Shown: positions 44,504-54,000 of the stretch, one piece after another
Position numbering within the stretch: the first letter of the stretch is position 1
How the letters are laid out: each line of letters opens with the position of its first letter
IMG/VR virus record: IMGVR_UViG_3300008510_000002
Location: 1-61,365 of that record
Origin: a virus
Taxonomy: Duplodnaviria > Caudoviricetes
Direction: 5' to 3' (one strand)
DNA length: 61,365 bases
Translations under genes and position numbers: made by a program
Notes under the pieces: model-generated
What the model saw: the letters and a program-made list of their open reading frames with translations, nothing else
What the model was told of the DNA's origin: nothing
The model's database searches: none

Positions 44504-46075
44504 ATGCAGATCATCGAGAACAAGGCGCTTTTGCTCCGGCTTCGCAACCCGGAGCGGGTACTCAACACTGTGCCGAAAGCACAGGTGGTGGCGCAGCATC
44601 CCCAGGGTGCTGATGTCCTGGTCTGGTGGGGCCTCGACGAAGCGCGGGTGCTGCGCAATCTGGGTGTCAAGAACGTACCCTCACCCATCCTAGGCCGCTA
44701 CAAGTGGCCTGGGATCTTCAAGCCGTTCAATCACCAGAAGACAACTGCGGCGTTCTTGACGATGAACAAGCGCGCGTTTTGCTTCAATTCCCAAGGGACA
44801 GGAAAAACGGCAAGTATTGCGTGGGCCGCAGACTACCTAATGGAGCGCAAGATCATACGTAGAGCGCTGGTGATCTGCCCACTGTCCATCATGGTGCCAG
44901 CTTGGCAAGCTGATCTGTTCAAGACGCTCATGCACCGCAGGGTGGATGTGGCCTACGGGGACCGGAAGAAGCGGGCCAAGGTCATCGCGTCGGACGCTGA
45001 GTTTGTGGTGATCAACTTCGATGGTGTTGAGACGGTCTTGGAAGAACTCAAGGCCGGGGGCTTCGACCTCATCATCATCGACGAAGCGAACGCGGTCAAG
45101 ACCGCGACGACCAAAAGATGGAAGGCTATCAACGGACTTCTTGGCCCTGACACATGGCTTTGGATGGCGACCGGCACCCCGGCCTCGCAGGCACCCACCG
45201 ATGCCTACGGGCTTGCAAAGATGATGGACCCGAAGTCGGTGCCCAGCTACTTCTACTCGTTCCGGGACCGTGTGATGAACAAGATCACGCAGTTCAAGTG
45301 GAAAGCGAAGTCAAATGCTCAGGAGGTGGTAAACCAAGTTCTCCAGCCCGCTATCCGGTTCGCTAAGGAAGACTGCTTAGACTTGCCTGAACTGCTTTAC
45401 ACAACCCGGGAAGTGCCGCTGACACCGCAGCAGTCGAAGTACTACAAACTGTTGAAGGAGCAGTTCATCATGGCAGCGGGCGGTGAGACCGTTACATCGG
45501 TCAATGCTGCTACCAACCTCAACAAACTGCTCCAGGTATCTTGCGGTGCGGTGTATTCCGACGACGGCAACTCTGTCGAGTTCGACATCACTACCCGCTA
45601 CAACGTGTTGTTAGAAGCCATCGAGGAAAGCACTCACAAGGTGCTGGTGTTCGTCCCGTTCCGGCACACGATCAAAGTGCTCCACGAGAGGCTCAAGAAG
45701 GACGAACTCACCGTCGAGATCATCGACGGCAGCGTGCCCGTGGGGCAGCGCAACAAGATCTTCGCGGACTTCCAGACCCAGCCCGAGCCCAGGGTACTGC
45801 TCATCCAGCCTGCGGCGGCTTCGCACGGCGTGACCCTGCATGCGGCCAACACCGTCGTCTGGTGGGGGCCGGTGACATCGAACGAGACCTACCACCAAGC
45901 CAACGCTCGGGTGCACCGCTCGGGCCAGAAGAACCCCTGCCTCGTGGTCAGGCTTTGCGGGACAGAGGTGGAGCGCAAGCTCTACGATGCGTTGGACGCG
46001 AAGACCGAGGACATGAGCAGCCTGCTCGACCTCTACCGACAGGAGGTGCTTGACACGCCCAAAGTTGCCAAGTAG
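44504..46075 (+). CDS. SNF2-family (SF2) helicase
   Basis: QGTGKT, ICP, IIDEA, TGTP, HGVTL, QANARVHRSGQ. Confidence 0.92.
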   Translation: MQIIENKALLLRLRNPERVLNTVPKAQVVAQHPQGADVLVWWGLDEARVLRNLGVKNVPSPILGRYKWPGIFKPFNHQKTTAAFLTMNKRAFCFNSQGTGKTASIAWAADYLMERKIIRRALVICPLSIMVPAWQADLFKTLMHRRVDVAYGDRKKRAKVIASDAEFVVINFDGVETVLEELKAGGFDLIIIDEANAVKTATTKRWKAINGLLGPDTWLWMATGTPASQAPTDAYGLAKMMDPKSVPSYFYSFRDRVMNKITQFKWKAKSNAQEVVNQVLQPAIRFAKEDCLDLPELLYTTREVPLTPQQSKYYKLLKEQFIMAAGGETVTSVNAATNLNKLLQVSCGAVYSDDGNSVEFDITTRYNVLLEAIEESTHKVLVFVPFRHTIKVLHERLKKDELTVEIIDGSVPVGQRNKIFADFQTQPEPRVLLIQPAAASHGVTLHAANTVVWWGPVTSNETYHQANARVHRSGQKNPCLVVRLCGTEVERKLYDALDAKTEDMSSLLDLYRQEVLDTPKVAK

Positions 46076-46078
46076 ACT
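46050..46078 (+). promoter_or_regulatory. Sigma70-type promoter
   Basis: TTGACA-17 nt-TAGACT overlapping the helicase gene end. Confidence 0.7.
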
Positions 46079-46104
46079 TTGAACCCTCAACCCTAGGAGA
46101 TCCC

Positions 46105-46515
46105 ATGGAGCCCACTACCGAGGCACCTCAAGTGCCCACTGAAAAGCTCGTCAAGGCGTACATCAAGATGCGCGATGCCCGCGCCGTGCTGTCTGCCGAG
46201 TACGAAGCCAAGGACAAAGAGATCAAAGATCAGATGGAACTGATCGAACACACGCTGCTGGATGTCTGCAAGCGTGCCGGTGCTGACAGCATCAAGACCG
46301 GTGCAGGCACCATCATCCGTGGCGTCAAGACTTCTTACTGGACTTCCGACTGGGAGTCGATGCACAACTTCATCAAGGAGAACCAAGCACTCGATCTGCT
46401 CGAACGTCGTATCGCTCAACGCGCTATGGGGGAGTTCCTCAAAGCAAATCCAGACAAGATGCCCAAGGGCATGAATGTCGAAACGAAGTACAGTGTCACT
46501 GTTAGGAGAGCCTGA
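46105..46515 (+). CDS. Replication-module protein with N-terminal coiled coil
   Basis: 136 aa; SIKTGAGT, DWE, LLERRI; CTAGGAG RBS. Confidence 0.75.
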   Translation: MEPTTEAPQVPTEKLVKAYIKMRDARAVLSAEYEAKDKEIKDQMELIEHTLLDVCKRAGADSIKTGAGTIIRGVKTSYWTSDWESMHNFIKENQALDLLERRIAQRAMGEFLKANPDKMPKGMNVETKYSVTVRRA

Positions 46516-47514
46516 ATGTCTGAACTGACTCTTTTCCAGAACGGAAGCCAACTGCCCGCGCACCTGAAGCGCGGCGAACTCAGCGACTTGACGAAGTCGC
46601 TCATGGGCACCAGCAGCAAGCGCATCAGCTTGGAGGGCGGTGTGTTCCGCCTCATCGTCGGTGGGCAGGAAGTTGCCAAGAACGAGAACCGGTCGATGAA
46701 CATCGTCGTGGTCCGTGCCGCGAACGCCAACTCCCGCACCTACTACCCGGAAACCTACGTGAAGGGCCAGAAGGCTCGCCCCGTGTGCTGGTCCGACGAC
46801 GGCAAGGCCCCGCATGCCAGCGTCAAGGCGCCGCAGGCCAAGTCTTGCGACCAGTGCCCGCAGAACATCAAGGGCTCCGGCACCCGGGCGGACTCCCGCG
46901 CCTGCCGCTTCCAACGTCGTCTGGCCGTGCTGCTGGAGAACGACATGGACGGTGACATCTACGCGATGAACATCCCGGCGCAGTCGATCTTCAGCCAGGG
47001 TGAAGGTCGCAAGATGGGCCTGCAGCAATACGCCCGCTTCCTGGGTGAGCATGGCATCGAGGTCAACGCGGTGGTGACCGAGTTGCGCTTCGACACCGAG
47101 GCCGAAGGCGTCAAGGTGACGTTCAGCGCCGTGCGTCCGCTGGAGGAAGCCGAGTACCACACGGTGGTCGGTCGCAAGGACGAGCCCGCTGCCATCGACG
47201 CTGTGACCATGACGGTCGGTGAGATGGATGGTGCACCTGAGGATGGCACCTCGGCACCTGTGGCTCCCCCGGCTCCGGCCTCGATGCCTGTGTTCTCCGC
47301 CGCGCCTGCGGCCCCTGTGGCGGCTCCGAAGCCCACACCCAAGCCCACCCCTGCGCCGAGCGCGTTCAAGGTCACCAAGCCTGCTCCTGCCCCCGTGGCG
47401 GCGCCCGCGCCTGTGGTCGAAGAGCCCGCCGTGCGTGAAGCCAAGGCCCCTGCCCCTGCGGTGCCTGATGTCAGCAGCATCCTGTCGCAGTGGGGCGACG
47501 ACGCTGACGACTGA
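46516..47514 (+). CDS. Putative single-stranded DNA-binding protein
   Basis: CWS.DG, C..CP, ACR motifs; Pro/Ala linker; acidic tail WGDDADD; strongly biased codons. Confidence 0.65.
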   Translation: MSELTLFQNGSQLPAHLKRGELSDLTKSLMGTSSKRISLEGGVFRLIVGGQEVAKNENRSMNIVVVRAANANSRTYYPETYVKGQKARPVCWSDDGKAPHASVKAPQAKSCDQCPQNIKGSGTRADSRACRFQRRLAVLLENDMDGDIYAMNIPAQSIFSQGEGRKMGLQQYARFLGEHGIEVNAVVTELRFDTEAEGVKVTFSAVRPLEEAEYHTVVGRKDEPAAIDAVTMTVGEMDGAPEDGTSAPVAPPAPASMPVFSAAPAAPVAAPKPTPKPTPAPSAFKVTKPAPAPVAAPAPVVEEPAVREAKAPAPAVPDVSSILSQWGDDADD

Positions 47515-47523
47515 ACGAGTTTC

Positions 47524-47611
47524 GGGGCGGCGGCAAGCGCCGTGAGCGTGGTGTCCTCCCTGAGGTCTCCTGCCCCTACGCAATAGTCCCGGGTTGCGCC
47601 GGGACCGCCCC
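47524..47611 (+). ncRNA. Candidate multi-stem small RNA with anti-Shine-Dalgarno loop
   Basis: Closing stem GGGGCG/CGCCCC, three internal hairpins, loop containing TCCTCCCT and TCTCCT. Confidence 0.5.
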
Positions 47612-47621
47612 ACCTCCTACC

Positions 47622-47855
47622 ATGCCCTACACCACGAAGATCGTTCGGCTCAACGCCGACGCAGACCCCAACCTGCTTGGCGTGCAACTCGGGCGGCTGT
47701 GCATCTACCGGCAGGTCCCGGTGGCTGATGTAGCCCAAGCCCTGAACGTCACGAAGGCGGCGGTCTACCGCTGGTTCTCTGGTCAGCGAGATGTGTCCAA
47801 GCACTTGCGCGAGCGGGTGCTGGCGTACTATCGTTCGACCCTGCCCCCGGCGTGA
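47622..47855 (+). CDS. Cro/XRE-like helix-turn-helix regulator
   Basis: VADVAQALNVTKAAVYRWFSG. Confidence 0.8.
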   Translation: MPYTTKIVRLNADADPNLLGVQLGRLCIYRQVPVADVAQALNVTKAAVYRWFSGQRDVSKHLRERVLAYYRSTLPPA

Positions 47856-47912
47856 ACCCCATCCAGCTAGCTCCCCCGGTGCGTGATGCACCCGGGCTAC
47901 TCCCGTGCCCCC

Positions 47913-50720
47913 ATGGCCTTCACAGACTTCTTCAGAAGCATACTCCCACAAGGCACGCGCTATGCACTACGGCTGATCCACAAACCCACAGACAAACGTC
48001 GTAATATCTTCTCCTCCTCATTCGAGGAGATGGGGGAACAAGCGGAAGAGCTATCCCGATCTGGGCTTGACCTGTATTACGCAACCGCTGGATTTGGGGC
48101 ACAACAAAAGGCGAACGCCGAGAACGCTGTAGCAAAGCGCGAACTGTACATAGACGTAGATTGCGGAGAGGGAAAACCGTACCAAGACAAAGCAGAAGGA
48201 CTCAATGCCCTGCGCCAGTTCTGCACGACCGTGGGCTTGCCCCGGCCCACCCTGATCGACTCAGGTAACGGCATCCACGTTCACTGGTTTTTCACGGACA
48301 GCGTGGCCCTGCATGAATGGCATGCGGTAGCCAACGCGCTAAAAGACCGGTGCAAAGCCGAAGGATTTATAGTTGACGGTGGATGCACCGCCGACTACGT
48401 CCGGGTACTGAGGATCCCCGGGACGATCAATACCAAGAATGGTGCGACGGTCACGCTGCTGACCCCGGTCAAGCACCACAACTTCAATACCCTGCGCGAC
48501 ATCATCGGCGTCTCTGTGTCCGAAGCGGACATGTTCGCCAAGGCGCGTGCACTGTCCAAGGGGTCCATGGAGGAGACCAAGAAGCTCTTCGTTGACCCCA
48601 ACAAGACCAACAAGTTTCACACGATCTGGATGAAGTCTGTGGGCGGTTTCGGCTGCTCGCAGATCGACTACGCTGCCCGGAACCAAGAGACGCTGCCCGA
48701 GCCCCTGTGGCGGGGCGTGCTGTCCATCGCGCAGTTCTGCGAAGACCGGGACTGGGGCATTCATGAGATCTCCAAGGACCACCCCAACTACAGCCCGGAA
48801 GAGACCGAAGCCAAGGCTGCGCTGACGAAGGGCCCCTACACCTGTGAGACGTTCCGGGGCCTGGATGAAGGCGCCCTGTGCGAGAAGTGCCCGCACTACG
48901 GGAAGATCACATCCCCCATCCAGCTTGGCTCAGAGATCAAAGCCTCTACCGAGCCGGTGAAGGTCAAGATCGAAGACCGAGAAGAGACGCTCCCGTCCTA
49001 CCCGCATCCGTTTTTCCGGGGGGCTACTGGTGGTGTCTACATGCATGTTGTGCATTCAGAAGGCAGCAAGTCATTCCATGTCAGTGCCTACGACATCTAC
49101 ATCTACAAGCGGATGCGGGACAGCACCGGTGGGGGCGACACACTCTGGGTCAGGCACCACCTCCCGCACAACGACATACGTGAGTTCACGATCCAGCAAA
49201 GCGAGGTTGCGTCGAAGGACAAATTCCGGGAGTGCATCAACCGTGAAGGTGTCATTGCCTTCGAGGACCGCCAGATAGGCGCCTTGCAACTGCTGTTCAG
49301 CAAGATGATTGAGGATCTACAGAAGGCTGAAAAGGCTGACAACATGAAAGTCAAGTTCGGCTGGACGCCAGACAACACCTTCGTTATCGGGAACCGCGAA
49401 TACACCCGCAACGGCGTGGTGCACAGCCCAACGTCGAAGCCCTTGGAGAACTACGTCAACTGGTTCACGCCGAAGGGCGACATCGAAGAGTGGAAGAGCG
49501 TCATCGCGCTGTACAACACCCCGGATATGGACCTGCATGCAGCCGGTGTGCTCGCAGGGTTCGGCAGTGTCCTGATGAACCTGTCGCCTGAGAACGGCGG
49601 TGTGCTGAACTACTACTCGAAGAAATCGGGGACCGGGAAAACCACCATCCTGCGTATCGCCAGTTCGATCTTTGGGGACCCCCTGAACCTGATGAAGGAC
49701 GCACAGGATACGAAGCTGACCAAGGTCCACCGCATGGGGTTGATGAACGGCATCGTCGTCACCATCGACGAGATGACCAATGCGGACCCAATGGAGTTGT
49801 CTGATCTGCTCTACAACTCTACGCAGGGGCGGGCACGGGACCGCATGCAGTCAAACAGCAACGCAGAGCGCACCAACAATACCCGCTGGAAGCAGATCAC
49901 GCTCTGGTCAAGCAACGCCGCTGTCGAAGACCGGCTGATCTCCATCAAGTCTGACCCACAGGGGGAACTTGCACGGGTGCTGGAGATTCGTCTGGACACC
50001 CCCGTGCCTAGTGATGTGCTCGGTGCGCAGTTGATGTTCAATAAGATCCTGGACAACTACGGGCATGCTGGCGACATCTACATGCGCTACGTGATTCCGC
50101 ACCTGGATGAAGTGAAGCGGATCTGGGAGAATACCCGAGACAAGATCTACAGCATGGAGCGGTGGACGCAGACTGAACGGTACAAGCTCAACGTCGTCAT
50201 CTGCATGGTTGCGGCAGGGTTGATCACGAACAACTTGGGGCTGACTCAGTTCAACATTGCCCGCATCGCCAAGAAGCTCGTTGGCCGGGTCCGCGACCTA
50301 CGCGATGAACTGAAGACCACGGCTACCACGGCATCCAGCACGGTGTCGTCATTCATCAACAAGAACATCAGGAACATCCTGATCGTCAACAAGCGTTCCG
50401 GCACCAGCGGCATCCCGGAAGTGCCGAGGGTAGAACCTCAGGGCGAACTCATCATCAGGTACGAACCCGACACCGATGCACTGTTCATCAACAAGCGTGA
50501 GTTCACGAAGTGGTGTTCGGTCAACTTCATCAACGCCCGGGAGATCGGCGTCCTGTTCAACCAGGAAACCGGAGGCGTCGTCAACGTCACGAAGAAGCGC
50601 ATGGGCGCTGGGTGGCGCACTGACCTGGGGGCGGTTGATGTGCTGGAGTTCCCCAACGCTCGGTCCCTGCTGAACCTCGATGACCTCGATGGATCGTCGC
50701 CTCCCGCACGAACTGCCTGA
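47913..50720 (+). CDS. Primase-helicase fusion (AEP/RepB-like primase, Cys cluster, DUF927-type helicase)
   Basis: IDVD, SGNGIHVHW, RVLRIPGT.N; EPLWRG, C..F..C..C; FGW, SGTGKTT, IDE, SSN. Confidence 0.85.
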   Translation: MAFTDFFRSILPQGTRYALRLIHKPTDKRRNIFSSSFEEMGEQAEELSRSGLDLYYATAGFGAQQKANAENAVAKRELYIDVDCGEGKPYQDKAEGLNALRQFCTTVGLPRPTLIDSGNGIHVHWFFTDSVALHEWHAVANALKDRCKAEGFIVDGGCTADYVRVLRIPGTINTKNGATVTLLTPVKHHNFNTLRDIIGVSVSEADMFAKARALSKGSMEETKKLFVDPNKTNKFHTIWMKSVGGFGCSQIDYAARNQETLPEPLWRGVLSIAQFCEDRDWGIHEISKDHPNYSPEETEAKAALTKGPYTCETFRGLDEGALCEKCPHYGKITSPIQLGSEIKASTEPVKVKIEDREETLPSYPHPFFRGATGGVYMHVVHSEGSKSFHVSAYDIYIYKRMRDSTGGGDTLWVRHHLPHNDIREFTIQQSEVASKDKFRECINREGVIAFEDRQIGALQLLFSKMIEDLQKAEKADNMKVKFGWTPDNTFVIGNREYTRNGVVHSPTSKPLENYVNWFTPKGDIEEWKSVIALYNTPDMDLHAAGVLAGFGSVLMNLSPENGGVLNYYSKKSGTGKTTILRIASSIFGDPLNLMKDAQDTKLTKVHRMGLMNGIVVTIDEMTNADPMELSDLLYNSTQGRARDRMQSNSNAERTNNTRWKQITLWSSNAAVEDRLISIKSDPQGELARVLEIRLDTPVPSDVLGAQLMFNKILDNYGHAGDIYMRYVIPHLDEVKRIWENTRDKIYSMERWTQTERYKLNVVICMVAAGLITNNLGLTQFNIARIAKKLVGRVRDLRDELKTTATTASSTVSSFINKNIRNILIVNKRSGTSGIPEVPRVEPQGELIIRYEPDTDALFINKREFTKWCSVNFINAREIGVLFNQETGGVVNVTKKRMGAGWRTDLGAVDVLEFPNARSLLNLDDLDGSSPPARTA

Positions 50721-50919
50721 GGTCGTCACCATCCGGGGCGTTCAGTACCGCTTGCCGCAGTGGCTGGAGCCCGGGCAGTCCTTCTTCGTGCCGTGCCTGG
50801 ACGCACGCTCCATGGGGTCGGTGATGTCAGGGCGCTACAGCCGCATGGGCTGGAAGACCGCATGGGCTGAGAGGATCGAGAGCGGCTTGCTTGGCATCCG
50901 CGTCTGGCGTGAGGTATAG
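50689..50919 (+). CDS. Small putative DNA-binding protein, resembles 36191-36433
   Basis: GQSFFVP...GIRVWR pattern. Confidence 0.65.
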   Translation: MDRRLPHELPEVVTIRGVQYRLPQWLEPGQSFFVPCLDARSMGSVMSGRYSRMGWKTAWAERIESGLLGIRVWREV

Positions 50920-50926
50920 TCCACCC

Positions 50927-51001
50927 GCTGGCCGCATGTTGGGCCGGTGTCTCCCTCCTAGTTGGCCCCCGGGTTGAGCTTGCTCCTCGGGGGCATTTTT
51001 T
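50927..51001 (+). ncRNA. Candidate trans-acting antisense sRNA
   Basis: TTGGCA-18 nt-TATAGT upstream (50891-50920); 5' hairpin, unpaired TGTCTCCCTCCTAGTT seed, terminator. Confidence 0.55.
50965..51001 (+). terminator. Intrinsic terminator at the convergence of early and late units
   Basis: GCCCCCGGG...CTCGGGGGC then ATTTTTT. Confidence 0.75.
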
Positions 51002-54000
51002 CACCGGAGGTCGATCTCCGCTTGGTTGATCTGCGCCTGCCGGCGCAGGGCGTAGCTGATCTGCGCAAGCTCGTTCTGCTGCGCACGCAAGGTGTTCATG
51101 ATCTGGCGGCGCTCGTCAGGCGGGATGTCCTTCGCACGGTCAACAACCTGCGCTTCGCGGTTCAAGTCCCGGATGCTCTCCATCACCGCCTTGGTGGCTT
51201 CGTAAACGCTGTATCTACCGTAGTTCTCAAGCAGGTATGCGTCGGCCTTTTCCGGTGCAGTCTGCACCAGTCGGTTGTAGGTGTTGTACGCCTGAGTAAC
51301 TTTGTCCTCGAAGTCGTACATGTCATCCAGGAACCGAGTACCCACAGGATCCTTCATGAAGGCACTGGCACCGGTAAGCTGAGCAGCCAAGTGCTGGTGC
51401 AGTGGACGATCTGTCCGCGTCGGGTTGACCATCACATCAGCCACAGACAGCGCCACCCCCGCCGACATGCCCAGCACACCCCGGATCGCGTTCTCGATCT
51501 TGATGGGGGAAAGCTCAATGCCAAGCTGGGCCAGAGCTTCCGCCGATGCTTTGACGGCTTCCGAGGTGCCGGTGCCGAAGCGCTGCGAGGGGTCCAGCCG
51601 CAGTTGGGATTGCGACTCCAGAGGCCGGCCCAGGAAGAACGAGTGGTTCATCATGTTCTCAAGGAACGGCTTCACAAGCTGAGGCGTCAGGTTCGGCGCC
51701 CAGAAGATGTCCACGCCCGACAGCATCAACTCCCGCGCCACCCTGAGGGCATCGCGCTCTTCGGGGGTCCCCTGGAGCTTGTAGTACTGCACCACCCGTT
51801 CAGGGATAGCCTTGAAGAAGAACGACAGTTCAGGCGGCACAGGGATGACCGGTGTGAAGCCAAGCTCCTTGCCGTAGGGCAGGACCCAGTTGCGGTCCCG
51901 CACATGGTCAGGCAGGTTCTGGTACTCCTCATCGTCGGACATCAGCAGGGCGTAGCTGAGCCCCATGGCGGTCAGGATGCCCATCCGCTTGAAGAACAGG
52001 TTGCGAGCGTAACCCGTGGCAACGCCGACCGTCTTACCGCCAGCAGCGGCCAGGAGAAGCTTGTCCATCGACCGGGCGTAGGCGTTGAAGAAGGGGATCG
52101 TGCGGATGAAGAAGTCCGCCGTAGTGGAGGCGCCCCGCCGTGAGAAGTTGATGATCTCCCGTGCGCGGGACTCGGCCAGCGCCACGTCGCCGGTCTCCTT
52201 CATGGTCTGGTCGTAGATGGCTTGGCGTACGGACACATCCGATGCCTTGGCACCCGCCTCCAGGATGCGCAGGATGGCGCGGCCCAGGGACCGCTTGCTG
52301 ATGCCTGTCTCCTCGAAGATGTTGCGGACGTTGCCACCTTCCACGGTGTCATAGGCTGGTACAACCCCATGCTGCGCAAGTTTTGCCACCCCCGGACTGC
52401 GCGTACCTTTGATCTCGTTCCACCAGTTGCGCGGCATGTTAGAGAGGATGCGAGGAATCAACGCCATGGGGTTCTTCACCCCCGAATGGACGTAACCACG
52501 GGTAATGTCGTCAGAAATCTGCTTGACTGCGAAGGCCGGTGTAATGGTGACGCCGATACGGAGGACCTGGGACAGTTTCTGCGCCGCACGCATGAAGCTG
52601 CCAATCTGCATGGACTTGGCCCCCGCAAAAGCAGCCAGATTCGCCGGGTCAGGGACGTAGTAGAACTTCTGCTGGCCTTTCTGCCAAGACGATACCACTG
52701 CACCCTTCTGACTTTGGGGCATTTGGTCTCGACCGCGAGGCAAATACTTGGCTGCACCCACAAGCTCCAGATCGCGCAGGGCTCGGCCTACGGCCTCGGC
52801 TTTCATCCCTTCCCGTGTCATCCACTCCATGAGACCGACGAAGTTCTTGATCGGGTTCTCGGTCTGTCGTTCGGAAGAGCCTTTGAACTCCTTCATCTGC
52901 TTGAAGGCGGCGAGCTTGAAGTTGGTGGACACACCCCCTTGCCCCTGTGAAACATAGAACTTGTCCAGTTCTTCAATGCGTTTGAAAGGGGTATAGGCCG
53001 TGGCTTCTTTCCACTCTTTTGCCTTGTCCTTGGTGATGCGCCCTGTAGCTACCAAGAAGTCAAGTCCAGCAAAACGAATGGCGTCCATCTTTTCGCTCAC
53101 ATCTTTGATGAAAGCGTCATTGCTGAACTTCTCGTTGGCTGCTTCAGCTTCCTCAGGCGTGAGGTAAAACTCCAGTTTCACTTCCCGAGCATCGTTGTCC
53201 TTCATGAGTTCGTACTCACGACGGCCCGCCAAGACTTCACCGATCTCCTTGACAAACTGCCCAGGTGCCTGCCCTCGGCGTTGGGCTTCTGCCGCTATGT
53301 CGCGCAGGACACCCTCAAAGGAAATCTTTTGCCCGTTGTAGTCAAGTTCTGTAATGCGCGAAAGTCCGCTGGGGTCTACTACGATGGTGCCTACCCGAAG
53401 CATCTCTTGGGCGAAGCGCGGAGCATCCAGCGCCTGGGACAGCAGAACGACGGGGTTCATGTTCCCCGAGTTGTCGCGGATGCTGTTGCTGTAGAGGTAG
53501 CCCATCTCAGCCTCGACCCCGGCCAAGGAGTCAGTGGCTTGTGCACGCAGCCCGATGGTCTTGCGCTCGCCCAGCGTCCGCCCGATGGCATCACCAGCAG
53601 TGGCTTCGGTGCGTTCACCGACAAGCGCGTCAGAAAGAGTCATCCCCGCAGCAGATTCTGCTTGCCTAAAATACGAGGTAAGAGGTTCATCGAACACGCC
53701 TTCGGAGATTGTCATCAACTCTGCAAGTGCGGAACCTTCCCTTTTGTTCAGTTTGAGAATTTGGGATATTAGGTCGAAGAACCTGCCGAGGAAAGTGCCC
53801 CCAGTAGGACTAGGTGTAGACGCAAGCCAGTTTTGGAAGTCAGCATTCACGAGCCCATAGGTTATAAGCTCATAGGGGTCTTTGAGTGCGCGTTTGAATA
53901 GTTGCTCTTGGAAGTCGCTAAGCTCACCAGCTTTATTCTGTTCTCTAAATATGGGGACGAGATCTCTGTGTAGCAGCTTCAGCTTCATAGCCGCACTGCT

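Noticed and set aside
47524-47611. Possible tRNA (cloverleaf-like)
   Set aside because: No T-loop GTTCRA, no 7-nt anticodon loop and arm sizes do not fit; kept as an sRNA candidate instead
47622-47855. CI repressor / lysogeny switch
   Set aside because: Single short HTH without a peptidase domain or divergent partner; no integrase or partition genes seen
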